Positions 23,807 to 37,785 of a stretch of DNA of 64,000 bases are shown piece by piece (position 1 is the stretch's first letter; each line of letters starts with the position of its first letter). Origin of the DNA: Octopus sinensis (Eukaryota); the NCBI RefSeq assembly GCF_006345805.1, contig NC_042997.1, positions 163,432,001-163,496,000 on the forward strand, written 5' to 3'. Below the pieces are notes generated by a model that had not been told where the DNA came from, did no database searches, and worked only from the letters and a program-made list of their open reading frames with translations. A program made the position numbers and the translations under genes.

Positions 23807-24439
23807 AATAGTTGATGCATGTTTTAATGGATGAATGCATGGTTAAGTTAAATTCACTTCACAATCATGAGGTCTCTGGTTCAATCATACTGCATGACAT
23901 CTTGGTCAAGTGCCTTTCACCATAGCCTTGGGTCAATCCAAACCTTGGAATAGAAATTGGGCAGGTGGAGGCTGGTATGATGGTTTGTACCTGTAATTTT
24001 AATTGTCAGTATTGTCACACACTAGTCATACTGATTCTGCCTTAGGATTATTTTAACAGTACAAATATCTGTGGAATACTCAGCCACTTATACCATGATT
24101 AAATCAGCAGGCTGTTCTATTGAGTGAACAACTGTAATACTCATCATTCAAACTAATTGGGATCCAATTAGTGTGTTTGTATTTATATCTGTTCCCCCAC
24201 CCCTTCACCACCATGTAACAACTGGTGTAGGTATATTTTATTTCCCCTCAACTTAGTGGTTTAGCAAAAGGAGTTGACAGAATTAGTTCTAGTTTTTTAA
24301 AAAAAGTACTTGGTTCAATTTGTTTGACTAAGCCCTTCAAGGCAATAACCCAGCGTAGCTGCAGTTCAGTGTCTGAGAGAAGTAAACGGTAAGATAAATG
24401 ATATTTCAGTAAGCTTATTTAAATTTATTTTACATATTG

Positions 24440-24654
24440 TTTTCAAAGTTTGGCACAAGGCCAGCAGTTTCAGAAGAGGTGATAAGTCGATTATATTGAT
24501 CCCAGTGTTCAACTGGTACTTATTTTATCGATCCTGAAAGGAATGAAAGGCAAAGTTGACCCAGTGGGATTTGAACCCAGAGCAATAAACACAGATGAAA
24601 TGCTGCTTAGCATTTTATCTGGCATGTTAATGATCCTGTCAGCTTGCTGCCTTA
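24440..24654 (-). mobile_element. Family-A SINE
   Basis: Family-A body and head; further copies ~25975-26185(-), 40285-40503(-), 40740-40950(+). Confidence 0.75.
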
Positions 24655-27600
24655 AGTTTATTTTACACATTGATAATGATAGCCCCAAGTTTATTTCAAC
24701 ATATGAGCATCCAGTTGCTTGATTAACTGGACAACTTACGCATTGATTTTAAGGCATGTGAAGTAATTGACTATTTTGCAGTTACCCACTTTGTAATTCT
24801 CTGGTAGAAACCGGCGTCTGTATGACAAAGCATGATAGTTTATCTGATGGGCTTCTATAGAATTTCCATCTGTTCAAAATTCAATCACTTTGGGTCAAGT
24901 TGATTCTATGGTCAGTACACTTGTACAAAATGCTATATAGTAGGATCAAAGCCAGGACTTCATTGTTGCAAAGCAAACTTTGTAATAATGTTTGCATCCA
25001 CATCTTAACATATTTATGCACGGTGTAGATGCATACTATATCTTTCATATGATATAATCATTAATTTTTACTCAGATTGTTTGCATAAGTTATACCAATT
25101 TTTAATTTTAGCAGTATTATTTTGCTTTTGTTGTTTAGCCCCCTACTCAGCTTAGATCAGGGAGACCTGTGATCAAAGGCATTTCAGTTATGACTATGCT
25201 GTCTTTTTTCAGGTGTGGTGCACACAGTAGCTTTCTTTCTGTTATCCAGTGTATGTTTCTTTTTTAAGACTAACATTACAGTGAACACATATAGACTCCT
25301 TTCTTAGCTCTTTTTGATGTACTCTTTAAAGCACAGGTGTTATTCTTATCAGTTTGCACACACACTTACACACATCTCTCTCTCTTTCATAGTGGATTGT
25401 TGACAGACACCTACACCTTGCTATATAAAGTCTTATAGATTTTGTAACATAAATTTGTATAGCTATTATCATTGTAGCTTATCTCATCTTTGTTCAACAA
25501 TTGCTTTATTGATTAAATATAGGCTTTTGCATGAGTTAAGTAGAACTAGAAAAGTGCAAATGATGATCTCACAACAGATCCACAAATAAATTGCAGTATA
25601 TTGCCTCATCTATCTAGATTTTAATTTTAGTTCCTGCCTGGTTTCATTTGAGATTGATAAAGATATCTATATACCTGGAGTTGATGCAATCAAATATACC
25701 ACCTACCCACTCCTTTACAAATTCGTGACCTTATATCTAAGTCAGAAATCATAACCATATTTGCTTATCAATGTAACTTTTTCCACATAACCATCAACAC
25801 AACAATTAACATAATAAAAATGGGGAAATTACAATTAGATAATATGGTCTTGAATGAGTTGATCATAGCTCAAGTGCCTTCAATCATGCCTGCTTGATCC
25901 AAGCTTACCTAAGGTTAGTCCGCAACACCAATAACATATAGGCAGTAGTTGCAATATAGAACCAAATAATTACTCTTGCTCCTATAGGCACAAGGCTGAA
26001 ATTTTGGGGGAAGATGTAAGCTGATTGCATCGACCCTGGTGTTCAACTGGTACTTATTTTATTGAGCCTAAAAGGATGAAAGGCAAAGTGAGCCTTGGTA
26101 AAATTTGAAATCTGAATGTAAAGCCAGAAGAAATGCTATTAAGCATTTTGTCTAGCCTACTAACAATTCTACCTGCTCAGTACCTAGAACCAACTAATAA
26201 TAATGCCTTTTGAAGAAGGAAAACATTCATCTTCTTCATGTGATACACCTACAGGTATCAGCTATCATAAACATCCACCCTTTTCTGTCCCACATACAGC
26301 TCTGTATGTTATTGGTTTGGTGTATCTGTATCCAGCTGGTAAGGCCATCGAGTATCTACTTTCTCAGTCTTTCCTGGTTTCTCCATCATTTCAATTTTCT
26401 GTTTGTCATTAAGTGCTCTAGGTATTTTCTTTTCATATGATGTCCAATAGACATGACCTTGTAATGTCTCCTTATGTTATCAAGAAGTTTTCTGATGGTC
26501 TCTGCTCAACAAAAGACTTTGTCATTTGGCACTTTATCTGCATAATACACCTTCAGTAGTCATTTAAGGAAAAACATCTCTGCTGCAATAACAACAACAA
26601 CAATAACAACCACTATATCCACCACTACCACCACCTCACCCTCCTCCTCATCATCACCATCATACAACATCTTGCTTAGTTCACCATTTTCCCTCGCATA
26701 TGCAAATAATATTTAATGAGTCATCAAGCAAACCTCAACATGGTGGTCTGACTGCTAGAAATAGCAAACAAATCTCACTCATATCACTCCATAACCATCT
26801 TAACAAGGACATATTGGGTATACTGTATCTAAAAAATTGGATGGTCATTGATGGAACACAGTTGGAACAGTACCTGCTGGTTGTTTATCTCCAGGTGTGT
26901 CTTGATTTAGCAGACCTATGATCAATAACATTCCATTCCCTGTCTTTTTTTCTAGATACAGTGCAGTTTGGACTCACTTTACTCAATGTGTCTTCTTTAA
27001 AGTTAGTAAGGTTGAGAGAGATTTAGCTGCTATTTCAACCAGTTTTTATAACCACACAGAAGCTCCAGTATTGGCTCATAGGAATACTGTAGATTATAGT
27101 GCTGTGTTCAGTTCTTAACTTCAGCTCATTTGAGTCATTCTTGACCTTTGAAGAACCAACAGTGAGCCACACTTAATTAGAGACATCATGAATTCTTACT
27201 GGCAAACTGCATACAAAACTGGAAAGGTTACAGAGAGGAGTGTGAAATGAAAGACAGAGTGGGAGATAGAAAGAAATAAGGTGTGCGTCATATCCAGTAT
27301 GTATGTTTGCTTTGCATTGTTGCATATAATTATTTCATGTATTTCTTTTGACATCACAAATGCAGTAACGACATACTCATTACTCAAGCTGAACTAAATG
27401 CTACCAAAACAAAAAGGAATGGTTGAATGAGATCAAAGGATGTGCAGCAGCTAATTCCCATAACTCAACAATTTCATTTTGTCTTCTGCAAATACTCCAT
27501 ATGTTTCCATTAAATATTTTGATATATTTTCTGTCTCCATGTTATAACTTGACCTTCAATAATTTCTTGTGCATATTGTTTCTTTCATCTCCCATAGGCA

Positions 27601-27721
27601 CGTGTTATATGCATGCTCACACATGCGCACGCGCACACACACACACACACACACACACCACACACACATTGCGCTCTGTTACTATCTCCTCTCCTAAGTA
27701 TCACCCACCAACAATTTAGAC

Positions 27722-27982
27722 AAGTGGTTCTCAACTGGGATCCATGTGGCCTCTGACTGTCCATATAAGATTTTGGCGGTCCATGTAACAAAATAGTAAT
27801 TGAGGATCCATAGTAATATTTTAAGGACCCTGGAAATAATTTTGCTTTATATACATGTATTGGTATTTATTACAAGAAACAGTTAGGTTTCTTTCTCTGA
27901 TATTTTACATAGTTCGGTCTACAATGTGTGAATAAATAGTAACCAAAGAAGTCCATAGGTAAAAAATGGTTGAGAACTCCTG
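27722..27982. mobile_element. hAT-type MITE with 8-bp TSD
   Basis: Ends AAGTGGTTCTCAAC / GTTGAGAACTCCTG; TSD ATTTAGAC at 27714-27721 and 27983-27990. Confidence 0.8.
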
Positions 27983-29684
27983 ATTTAGACACTTCTGTTT
28001 TGCCCAGGTTTATTTGATGTTGTTGTTGTTGTTGTTGTTGTTGTTAAATTCCTGGTCAGTCTTAATAGAGCAGACCTATGATCTAAACATTCAAGATGTG
28101 ACCTTCCAAATTTTTTTGCTTGGAATAGTATAGCCTGGACTATAATACACAAAGTACCCTTTAAAAAATGCTTGAGTGTGATTTGAGAACAATTTGGCTT
28201 TTTTTCTAGCTGATTGAAAACCCCATAATGACCGAAAGCATTCATCTGTTTTTGTTCAAAGAGTATCCTTCAGGTTATATCCTCCTCCTGGGGTCAATTT
28301 GCTTGACTAAAGGTGGTGCTCAAGCATGGCTACAGACAAATGACTGAAACAAGTAAAAGAAAGAATAAAAGAAAATCAATGATGAAGAAAATCAATGTGT
28401 AGTTACTTGATCTACAAGAAATAGCACCCAAATCTCTCTCAAATTCTAATCCTATAATCTTTAAAAAGAAAAAGACATTTTGTGAATAAAGGAAGTGGGG
28501 CATAAAATTGAATTCAGTTACAGATATGCTACATGAAATAAAAATGAGATTGTTATGGCTGAGGTGTCTTTTGATTTATAATTATCCTCATAAACATGAC
28601 ATCTGTAAGATTTTGACTATAATTTTACTTATAAGAGACAAATCCCTTTGATGATTTAAACCAAAAATAGCAGTTGTTATCCTAAGTAAGACTATTTTTA
28701 GATCAGACAAAGCATTACGTTAGATAAACTGTTTAATTAAAGTATTTGATTAAATAGATCAGTTTAGAAGATGACATAACAGGAATTTTTAAATAAGTTA
28801 CTATCAAAGATTTTCAGCTAGACTTTGTCCTCAATTTTCCATTCATCTGATACTTTCTGAAAATCATTATTGGATCAAATTCTCTTATCATATGGATTGC
28901 AGTGTAACTAATAATCTTTCATATCTTTATTTTGAAAAAAAAAAACTATGAATAAGTTGTGTGCCAACCTAGTTCTCCTTATTTGAGGCAAGAACTTGCC
29001 TACATTTCTCATTTATTTGTGCTGTTACCTGACATTATGGTGACTGCAGACAAGATTTGTAAGAAAGTGTGATCACTGAATGTTTATTTAACACTTGGCC
29101 TTTTTAACACACAACAAATGTTAATGTGTTAACATGACAAAACTGTTCCAAGCAAAAATAACTTTTATTGGTTGGATCACGTTTTAGTAATTATTAGTGG
29201 TTTAAATAAGCATGATCCAATTCACTGAATAGTCTATTTGTTTGGTGACATATATTGTTGAAAGACTATGTGTCCATATTTTAGTATGTGTGTGTGTGTA
29301 TGTGTGTGTGTGTAATGATTGATTTGAAGGTGGGAAAACATATAGGATGAAAGATATAAAGATACACACAGAAATTTTATGCTGTGCTTCTGTGTGAGTG
29401 TGTTGGGTGAATTGGCTCATTGACATAAAAGGAAAAGAAAGCTGTATGATTAAAGATGTGTATTTATGTGTGAGTATTTGAAATGATTAATTGAATGCTT
29501 GCACCAGTTGCACACAGTACGTGTCTAATACTTTGAAAGACATATATCTGAATGATGTTCTTATGTATGAGAGGCTAAGAGGTACTGGAAAACCTCAAAA
29601 ATACTTGACAGCTCTTCGTAATCAGTGCTCTACCACTTAATTGTTCTCTTGATTTCTATCTATCTTGCAATTGGTAGATCAGGA

Positions 29685-29720
29685 TATATGTATATCTATA
29701 TATATATATATATGTATGTG

Positions 29721-29756
<36 letters not shown>

Positions 29757-29771
29757 TAGATATATATATAT

Positions 29772-29862
<91 letters not shown>

Positions 29863-29962
29863 ATCCAAACAAGAAAACACAGAAAAAAACACAGCAACGC
29901 GAGGACGTGGAACAATTAAAGTATTATTTGATATACATATATATATCTATGTATACATACAT

Positions 29963-30006
<44 letters not shown>
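29685..30006. repeat. (TA)n-rich microsatellite tracts
   Basis: Direct reading. Confidence 0.95.
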
Positions 30007-30008
<2 letters not shown>

Positions 30009-30221
30009 TCTTTTACTCTTTTACTCTTTTACTTGTTTCAGTCATTTGACTGGGGCCATGCTGGAGCACCGCTTTTAGTTGAACAAATCGACCCCGGGAC
30101 TTATTCTTTGTAAGCCCAGTACTTATTCTATTGGTCTCTTTTGCCGAACCGCTAAGTGACGGGGACATAAACACACCAGCATTGGTTGTCAAGCAATGCT
30201 AAGGGGACAAACACAGACACA

Positions 30222-30290
<69 letters not shown>

Positions 30291-30462
30291 TATATATATA
30301 CATATATACGACAGGCTTCTTTCAGTTTCCGTCTACCAAATTCACTCACAAGGCATTGGTCGGCCCGGGGCTATAGCAGAAGACACTTGCCCAAGATGCC
30401 ATGCAGTGGGACTGAACCCGGAACCATGTGGTTGGTAAGCAAGCTACTTACCACACAGCCAC
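30007..30462 (-). mobile_element. CORE-like tRNA-derived SINE, family B, with internal TA/TG microsatellite
   Basis: Reverse complement of the 59892-60296 copy; tail (GTAAAAGA)n. Confidence 0.85.
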
Positions 30463-30481
30463 ATATAAAAATATACATATA

Positions 30482-31309
30482 CTAGCAGCATAGCCCGGCA
30501 TTGCCTGGGTATGTAAGAGCCCCTAGAGGCGACAACAAATCCCAATCTAGTCCTTTCCCTCTAGGGAACGAAGGCACATGTGTAGGTTGCAATGTCTTCT
30601 CTTCACTCGAATACTTCTGTGTATACGATGTTCCTAGCTGTCCCTTTGGGCGAAAAGATGAAAACACCATTGCGCCTCCCAAGAGAGTTAAAAAGGTCGA
30701 GTTGCGTCCCCTAGACAGTCTGTGGTTTGTGTTTAATACACAAATCGGTTTGCTATGTGTGCCACATATGATTTAATTAACCGATTTTTTCCAGTAATAA
30801 AGTATCCTATTGGAATAAAAAGGGCCATATAGCTCCTTGGAGCAGACATGATGCTCGCTGTGAATTTAAAAAAAAATTCCTGCCAATTTGTGAAAGATAT
30901 TGTCGAAAATATGTCATCTTGAATTTGAACGTGATTTCCCAAAATGGCATGATTTTATCGATTTTTTCTGATTGTAAAGTATTGCATGGAAAACTAACAT
31001 CAGAATTAAGTGTCTTAGGGTAACATTAAGCTTCACCATGAGTTTGGTGAAAATCGATTGCAAGTTGCGAAAACTACAACAGAAAATGTGTTGCATATAA
31101 GAAGCTTAGATTCTCGACCCCATGTCGAATTTATCAATTTTTTTCAGAACTGGGGGAACTTTTCAAAATTTTCACTGCGTTAGTTTTGAATTATGACATT
31201 GGGCTATGTGTGTGTCAAGTTTCATCAGAATCGGTTGAAAGCCGTGGTCAGTGTGAGGGTACAACCTGACAGACACACAGACAGACAAACTGCTGTTTAT
31301 ATATAGAGA
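30482..31309 (-). mobile_element. Non-autonomous Helitron
   Basis: Minus strand starts A|TCTCTATATATAAA and ends with the GC-rich hairpin CCCAGGCAATGCCGGG followed ~8 nt later by CTAG|T; A|T target, no TSD. Confidence 0.8.
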
Positions 31310-31339
31310 TATAGATATATATACACATGCATGTATATA

Positions 31340-32609
31340 CTGAGTCATCCCATAAATAATGTGTTTTTTTTATAGTTCTTTTATTTTTAAAATTAAGATA
31401 AAATTTCTTTTTTAATCTAAAATATACTCTCCTTCATTTTCTACAATGCTCTTCCATCTACCTGGTAGACTTGCATTGCACCTCTTCCAAAATTCACTTG
31501 TCCATGATGAAAAATACTCCTTCAGTACTGTTCTGACCTCTACAGAATTCATATTTTTTCTGTCCAGATGATTTTGAAAACTGCAGAATAAATGATAATC
31601 AGATGGGGCACTGTCTGGCAAATATGGTGGCGGGTGGGGGTTTGGGGCATCGTTTCCCATTCAAACTGCTCCAGCCTTTCGAATGTCATCCTCGCTGTAT
31701 GTGGCTGAACATTATCCTGTTGGAAGAACACCTTTCGTCTTGAAACCAAAGATGGTCATTTTTACTTCCAGCACTGACTTAATCCGCTCAAGCTGCTCGC
31801 AGCAGATCTCCTTTGTTATTGTTTGGTTTTGGTTTAAAAGTTCAAAGTGGACTAAACCTTTCATATCCTACCAAATAGATAACAATACCTTCCATGGGTG
31901 AAGACCTTCTTTAGCCTGGGGTGCCAGTGTTTCTCCTTTCCCTACCCACTGTTTTTGGTGCTTGACATTTTTATAGAGAACCCATTTCTCATCACCAGTC
32001 ACTATTCAGTCCAAAAAAGGTGACAGCAAAGAAGAGCACACATTCACTTTCTGTGCACGATTAGACTTGGAAAGTTTGTGAGGAATCCATTGACCTAATT
32101 TGCTGACTTTCCTGATGGCACACAGGTGTTGATGTATGGTTGAATGACCAAATCCAAGCTTCTCTGCTAGTTCCTCAACAGTTGCAATGGGATTTTGTTC
32201 CAGCAGGGTTTGCAGGACATCCTCATCAAGCTTTACAGATCTTTCAGGATGAGGCTCATCTTCTAGGCTGTAGTTTCCGGCTCGGAATTTCTGGAACCAC
32301 ATGACATTGGCTAACACTTATTATCTGATACCCATATACTGCATACCTTGCACTTTCCATTGCGTTGTTGCCTTTATTGAACTCATAAAGCAAAATATGC
32401 CAAATATGCTCCTTTGCTACTTCCACTACAGCTTTGAAAAAAATAACTATTAAAATCAAACTGCACTCTTCAAAACAGGCACTAAGAATAAGGACAAGGT
32501 AAAATTACTACCTCCTATTATAGCAAGTTGATGCAGGTAGTTTATCCCATCTTCCTTCGACTTTAGTTTATGCAATTGTAAAAACTGCATTATTTATGGG
32601 ATGACTTGA
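31340..32609 (-). mobile_element. Full-length decayed mariner (DD34D) transposon
   Basis: TIRs ..AGTCATCCCATAAATAATG at both ends with TA flanks (31338-39, 32610-11); motifs WIPHKL, VTGDEKWVLY, QDN, YLPDSAPSDYHLF spread over frameshifted ORFs. Confidence 0.93.
31412..32424 (-). pseudogene. Mariner transposase pseudogene (multiple frameshifts and stops)
   Basis: ORF pieces 32256-32459, 32006-32317, 31549-31749, 31412-31660. Confidence 0.9.
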
Positions 32610-33399
32610 TATATGCATATACTGTGTGTATAAATATACATCTATGTATACACACACATACACATACACACACACACACATACACACACACACACACACA
32701 CACATTAAGATTTTTTATATCAAAAGAAAATTGAGAAATTAAATTTGTAGTTGGTATTACTCCAGTAACAAGATTTATTCATTTTTTTTTAACGACAATA
32801 ATAAATTTCACATTTCTTCTCAGGCATATTAATCACAAATATTTTTAAATCCAGAAATTGTTTAAAACTCCCTTCCTTTCAATTTAATCTTCGAAATTGC
32901 GCATAAATTTTTGGTGAACAGAAATAAAGACAGGAAAGAAATGTCACAGAAAGAAAGCCACAGGGAAAATGTATCGCATTTAAATGCTATAATAATGAAT
33001 AGTTACAACAATTAAACAAGTTGTTTATTTACATGACTTATTTATATATATATGACTTGTATATAATGACATCACAGTTTATATGTATAATGTCACATTT
33101 ATGTGTAAAACTATGAAAGCCAAAAATTCAATTACAAATCTATGATATTTTCTCCTTGAATTCAAATTGTCAGCGAGGTTCAAATATGGGATTGGGAAGG
33201 TTACAGTGATACATTTTCATTAGTTCAAGCAGGATTGCCAGATTGGGTTACAAGTTAGTTTTCAGGACTGCATGAAACTATTTTTTTTTTCATTTGGGCT
33301 ACATACTATTTGAAAATTGTAATTTTTGAAAGTAAGAATCCTAATAAATATCATATAAAATTATCTGTGAAATAAATTGGAATTAACTTCCAAGCAATT

Positions 33400-33433
33400 G
33401 TATGTGTATGTATGTAAATATATGTATGTATAT

Positions 33434-33513
<80 letters not shown>

Positions 33514-33767
33514 TGTTTATTTTAATAGTTTTGACTTTAAGAGTCCCTCCTATTGTGTGGCATTTATGTGTAATAATGCCCTCTATATAATAAATAAATA
33601 TATTTAAGTGAAAAAATTGGTGGATTTTTTCTCTTATGAGGTTTTTCACGTTGACTACTTGATAAATTCTTATGAAGATTTTATCCTATTTTTAAATTAT
33701 ATATATATATATATATATACATACATACACATGCACACATATACACATGTACACATACATACATACA

Positions 33768-33798
<31 letters not shown>

Positions 33799-34030
33799 GT
33801 AATGGTAAATTGGTAAATTTACAACTCATGTATGTATGATATTTTGTAACCTGAGGTAGCATTGTGGATCACTGTATGTATGTATGTATGTATGTATATA
33901 TGTATGTATGTATGAACGCATGTATGTATGTATGTATGTATGTATGTATGTATGTATGTATGTATGTATGTATGTATGTGTGTATGTATGTATACACACA
34001 CATACACATTATGGATATATATATATATAA
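33400..34030. repeat. (TA)n, (TACA)n and (GTAT)n microsatellite complex
   Basis: Direct reading. Confidence 0.9.
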
Positions 34031-34750
34031 TATAAGGGAGTGTGTTGTGGTAATTTCCTTGTTAGAATTCAAGTGTCCTGAAATTAAACTTCTTTGTAAA
34101 TTGAAATAAATTATTGGTTAATAGTTTGCACCTATCTTGTTACCAATGAACACATTTATAGGAATGTTCACTTCCCAATGTATTTTATGGAATATCTAAC
34201 ACCACATAAATATTTTCCTTGTCATAGTCTTCCCATAAAGTTGAAATATTCTACATTCATCATTTATCGAGAGAAAAACTTGTTTCAAAACTAAATATAA
34301 CTTCTTTTCAGTTGCTATCTGCTCTGACTACACATTACAGATATCATATCAATAAGCTCTAAAAAATTTTGGCTGGAATGATATTTTCTAAATAACATTA
34401 TAGAATATTATATACAGTTAAGTCACATAATTTTGTCTTTCATTTCTAAAAAAAACAATATTTAATTTAGAGACCAGAATGCTGTGACTAATTAAAAAAA
34501 ATTTTTTTAATAAAATGTTATTATCATAGTTGGAGATTTTTAAAAGTTATCCTGAAATTACCTTACAATAAGTATGCCTATATTCTTCAAACCATGAGCA
34601 TATTCTGGAAAATATAGCTACATGAATGCCTGAGTTTGCACTTTATTGATTTAAAGTCCATATCCTCATTTCTAAGTGGTATATATCTAATTTTATTACT
34701 TTTTTAATGAGAATCTTTAACAATTCTTACCCTTTTTGTTTTTATATCAG

Positions 34751-34833
34751 ATTGGATTTTTATTACAGAAGAATATCTTTCAGTAGCTAAAACAGTTATA
34801 TCCATTACGCTTCTTTTTCTATCTCTCATTGAT
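34751..34833 (+). other. Candidate coding exon (WIFITEEYLSVAKTVISITLLFLSLID)
   Basis: Acceptor CTTTTTGTTTTTATATCAG, donor GAT|GTGAGT, one open hydrophobic frame; no recognised homology. Confidence 0.25.
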
Positions 34834-34901
34834 GTGAGTTGGTGTTTTCTTCAATTCCTGATATTATATCCCACACTAAGAGACAAAGACTTCATTGCAA
34901 A

Positions 34902-35312
34902 GTTTTGTCTAGCGAATGTTTCAAAAAAAGATGGGTGAATGTAGCAAGGATGGCATGTATGAATGACAAAGCCACCTTGAGCATGATCCTATGAACCCGG
35001 AAAAATTTAAAATAGAGTTACTTACTTGCAAATAAATGTGTTAACATGTGACATTATTGACTGAGGTTACCGTGGTCTTTTCCATTGGCTTTTCTTTCAA
35101 TGGATAAACCTTATCCACTTCCCCCTTTACACTTTACATCATGACACTTCTGTGATACACGATCCCTATTGATCGTTTTTTTTTCTTTCCTCTTTATGAT
35201 CCCTTTTGATCAAAAACCTACCCAACTTTTTTTTTTCTCCCCAAAAAGAAAAGCTCTACTTTGTAATTTGTCCTGCCTGTGTTCAGCCATGTGTGACTAA
35301 TAAAGAAACATA
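34902..35312 (+). mobile_element. 3' fragment of a Tx1/L1-clade LINE (second subfamily)
   Basis: 34902-34994 = VLSSECFKKRWVNVARMACMNDKATLSMIL*, similar to LSQSVFRKRWKSIASM at the end of ORF 52785-53885; ends AATAAAGAAACATA. Confidence 0.7.
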
Positions 35313-35839
35313 TTTATCTCAAATATCACCAAATGGTTTTATATACAAAGATAGATAATGCATTTTTAATAGTTTGTCAGAAGAGGAGGGGTGGTACCTA
35401 TCACCTTTGCAAGCAACTCCTATAATAGTGAGATTGATGGAAATGATGTTTAATTTGAGCATCTGTGTGTGTGTGTGGGGGAGGAAGGGGAGAATGTATT
35501 TAAAGAAGGAATAGGATACAAGTTTGAGAAAGAAGTATTGAGAGAAAGTTTTCAGTGAGGAATCTGTGAGGAGACTTCTCAGTAGAGATGGGTGTTAGGT
35601 GGGCTTGAGTGGCAAGGCATTCAACTGGCAAAGAGTGTTGTTGTGGTGGTGATGGCAGCAGCAGCAGTGGCAGTGCTGATGACAATGACAACAAAGAGAA
35701 GACATAACATCTATTGTACTGATTGTAGCATGTTGATGAGTGAATCTCTTCCAGTCAACTAGTTGTTCCAAGACGTTTGTAGGTTTAGAATCAGTGCTGT
35801 GTCAGATATATAAAAAGTACTTCTGCATATTGTACTCGA

Positions 35840-36252
35840 ACCAATTCTACTATATGGCTCAGAAACCTGGACATTATCAAAGAAGCTTGAGAGGCGGTTG
35901 GATGGAACTTACACTCGCCTCCTTATGAGAGCTCAAAATCTCTCGTGGAAGCCTCATCCAACCAAAGTACAAATATGTGGGAAACTACCACCTGTATCAT
36001 CTCTTGTGAAAGGTAGAAGAGTCCAGTTTGCTGGACATTGTTGTAGAGCTGAAACGAGGTAATTTCTACTCTTCTCCTCTGGAAGCCATCTGCTCACGAT
36101 ACCAGAGGGCGCACACTCTCCTACTCTGATGTAATCTCCAGGGATACAGGCATCCAGCAACAGGACCTCCGTAATGCTATGATGGACTGTGAAGTCTGGC
36201 GTAATATAGTAAATTTCATTGTCTCGACCACAGTCGAACAATGATGATGATG
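35840..36252 (+). mobile_element. 5'-truncated RTE-clade LINE (second family) with 13-bp TSD
   Basis: EPILLYGSETWTLSKKLERRLDGTYTRLLMRAQNLSW...RRVQFAGHC; (ATG)n tail; TSD ATATTGTACTCGA at 35827-35839 and 36253-36265. Confidence 0.85.
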
Positions 36253-36359
36253 ATATTGTACTCGACTTTTGTAGAGGTGTTTGCAACTAATCAAGGATTA
36301 AGTATTTTCTGGCCTTGAATATGAAACCTAGTCTTTTGGTGTAGATTAGCAATATCATA

Positions 36360-37240
36360 TGCAGACACATCTGATAAAACCCCAATAAAAGTCGAAAATC
36401 AATTAAGGCTGCTTATCATTTTTCCACTCTATGGAGAAATAGTTTAATTTGCCATACTTCTGTATCTACTACATAGATTTACATATATTATATCATACCT
36501 TGATACTGTGTGGACTGGGATCACTGTTGAGTGGCTGCTGATATTCAATAAAGTGTGAAGGCATGTGACTTAGTGGTTAGGGTATTTGGCTAATGATCAT
36601 AAGGTCATGAGTTCAATTTCCAGTGGTGCATTGTGTTCTTGAGCAAGGATTTTTTATTTCATGTTGCTCCAAGCCACTCAACTGGCAAAAATAAGAAGTA
36701 CCTATATTTCAAAGGGCCAGCCTTGTCATATTCTGTATCATGCTGAATCTCCCTGAGAACTAAATTAAGGGTATGCGTATCTGTGGAGTGCTCAGCCACT
36801 TACACTTTAATTTCATGAGCAGGCTGTTCCATTGATCTGATGAACTGGAATCCTTGTCACTGTAACCAATGGAGTGCTAGTTAAACACTTGTTTCTCTGG
36901 GATTGGTCAGATGATGTAGATGCTTCTGTGCCATGCTGAATCTTCCTGAGAACTACATTAAGGGTATGTGTATCTGTGGAATACTCAGCCACTTACACTT
37001 TAATTTTATGAGCAGGTTGTTCCATTGATTTGATGAACTGAAACCCTTGTCATTGTAACTGACTGAGTGCTAGTTAGTTAAACACTTGCTTCTCTGGGAT
37101 TGGTCAAATGATGTAGATGCCTCTGATGAAAGCTCAATAAGATATGAAAATCAATTCAGGCTGTTCATAATTTTTTTCCAGTCTACAGAGAAATAGTTAA
37201 ATTTGCCCATGTTTTGTATATGTCTGCTATATTACATATA
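36360..37240 (+). mobile_element. Penelope-like relic with two direct pLTR copies bearing hammerhead-like motifs, interrupted by a tRNA-SINE and a 193-bp tandem duplication
   Basis: 36367-36409 and 37119-37161 (GCCT-CTGATGA...GAAA-ATCAAT-TC-AGGC) share downstream sequence; SINE head at 36555; duplication 36731-36923 / 36924-37120. Confidence 0.6.
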
Positions 37241-37334
37241 TGTGAGATCATAATGTGGAATAAGAGATTGCAAGGATTAGCATTTCTAATGACTTTGAGA
37301 ATTTTAATTTTGAATTGTTAATATTTCCTTTATA

Positions 37335-37785
37335 GGCACTGCTGTGTGGTTAAAAGTTTTGCTTTGCAACCATGCAGTTTTGTGTCCAGTTCTACTGTGC
37401 TGTGTCTTGAGCAAGTGTCTTCTACTATATTCCCAGGCTAATTAATGTCTTGTGAATGGATTTGGTAGATGGAAACTGTGTGGAATCCCATGTGTCTCTC
37501 TCTTCCCCTTCTCTCTCTACATGTATATTATATGTTTATGTGAGTATGTGTATCTCTTTGTGTCTGTTTTTGTCAACTTCCCACCCCTGCTTGACAACCA
37601 ATGTTGGTTTGCTTACATCCCTGTAAATTAGTCACTTGCTAAAAGAGACCAAAAAGAGATCAATGGAATAAGTACCAAACTTTAAACAAAAAAGTAATGG
37701 GGTTGATTATTCAGCTAAAACCCTCCAGAGTAGTGCTCTAATATGGCTGCACTCCAATGACTGAAACAAGTAAACGATAAAAGAT
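37335..37785 (+). mobile_element. Family-B SINE, degenerate
   Basis: GCTGTGTGGTT...TTGAGCAAGTGTCTTCTACTAT...GACTGAAACAAGTAAA. Confidence 0.75.

Noticed and set aside
29560-29620. Possible further hammerhead relic (GAGGT/ACCTC stem followed by AAAAA)
   Set aside because: No recognisable CUGANGA-type core
33720-33995. (TACA)n / (GTAT)n inverted pair as a functional hairpin
   Set aside because: Low-complexity arms; expected by chance given microsatellite density
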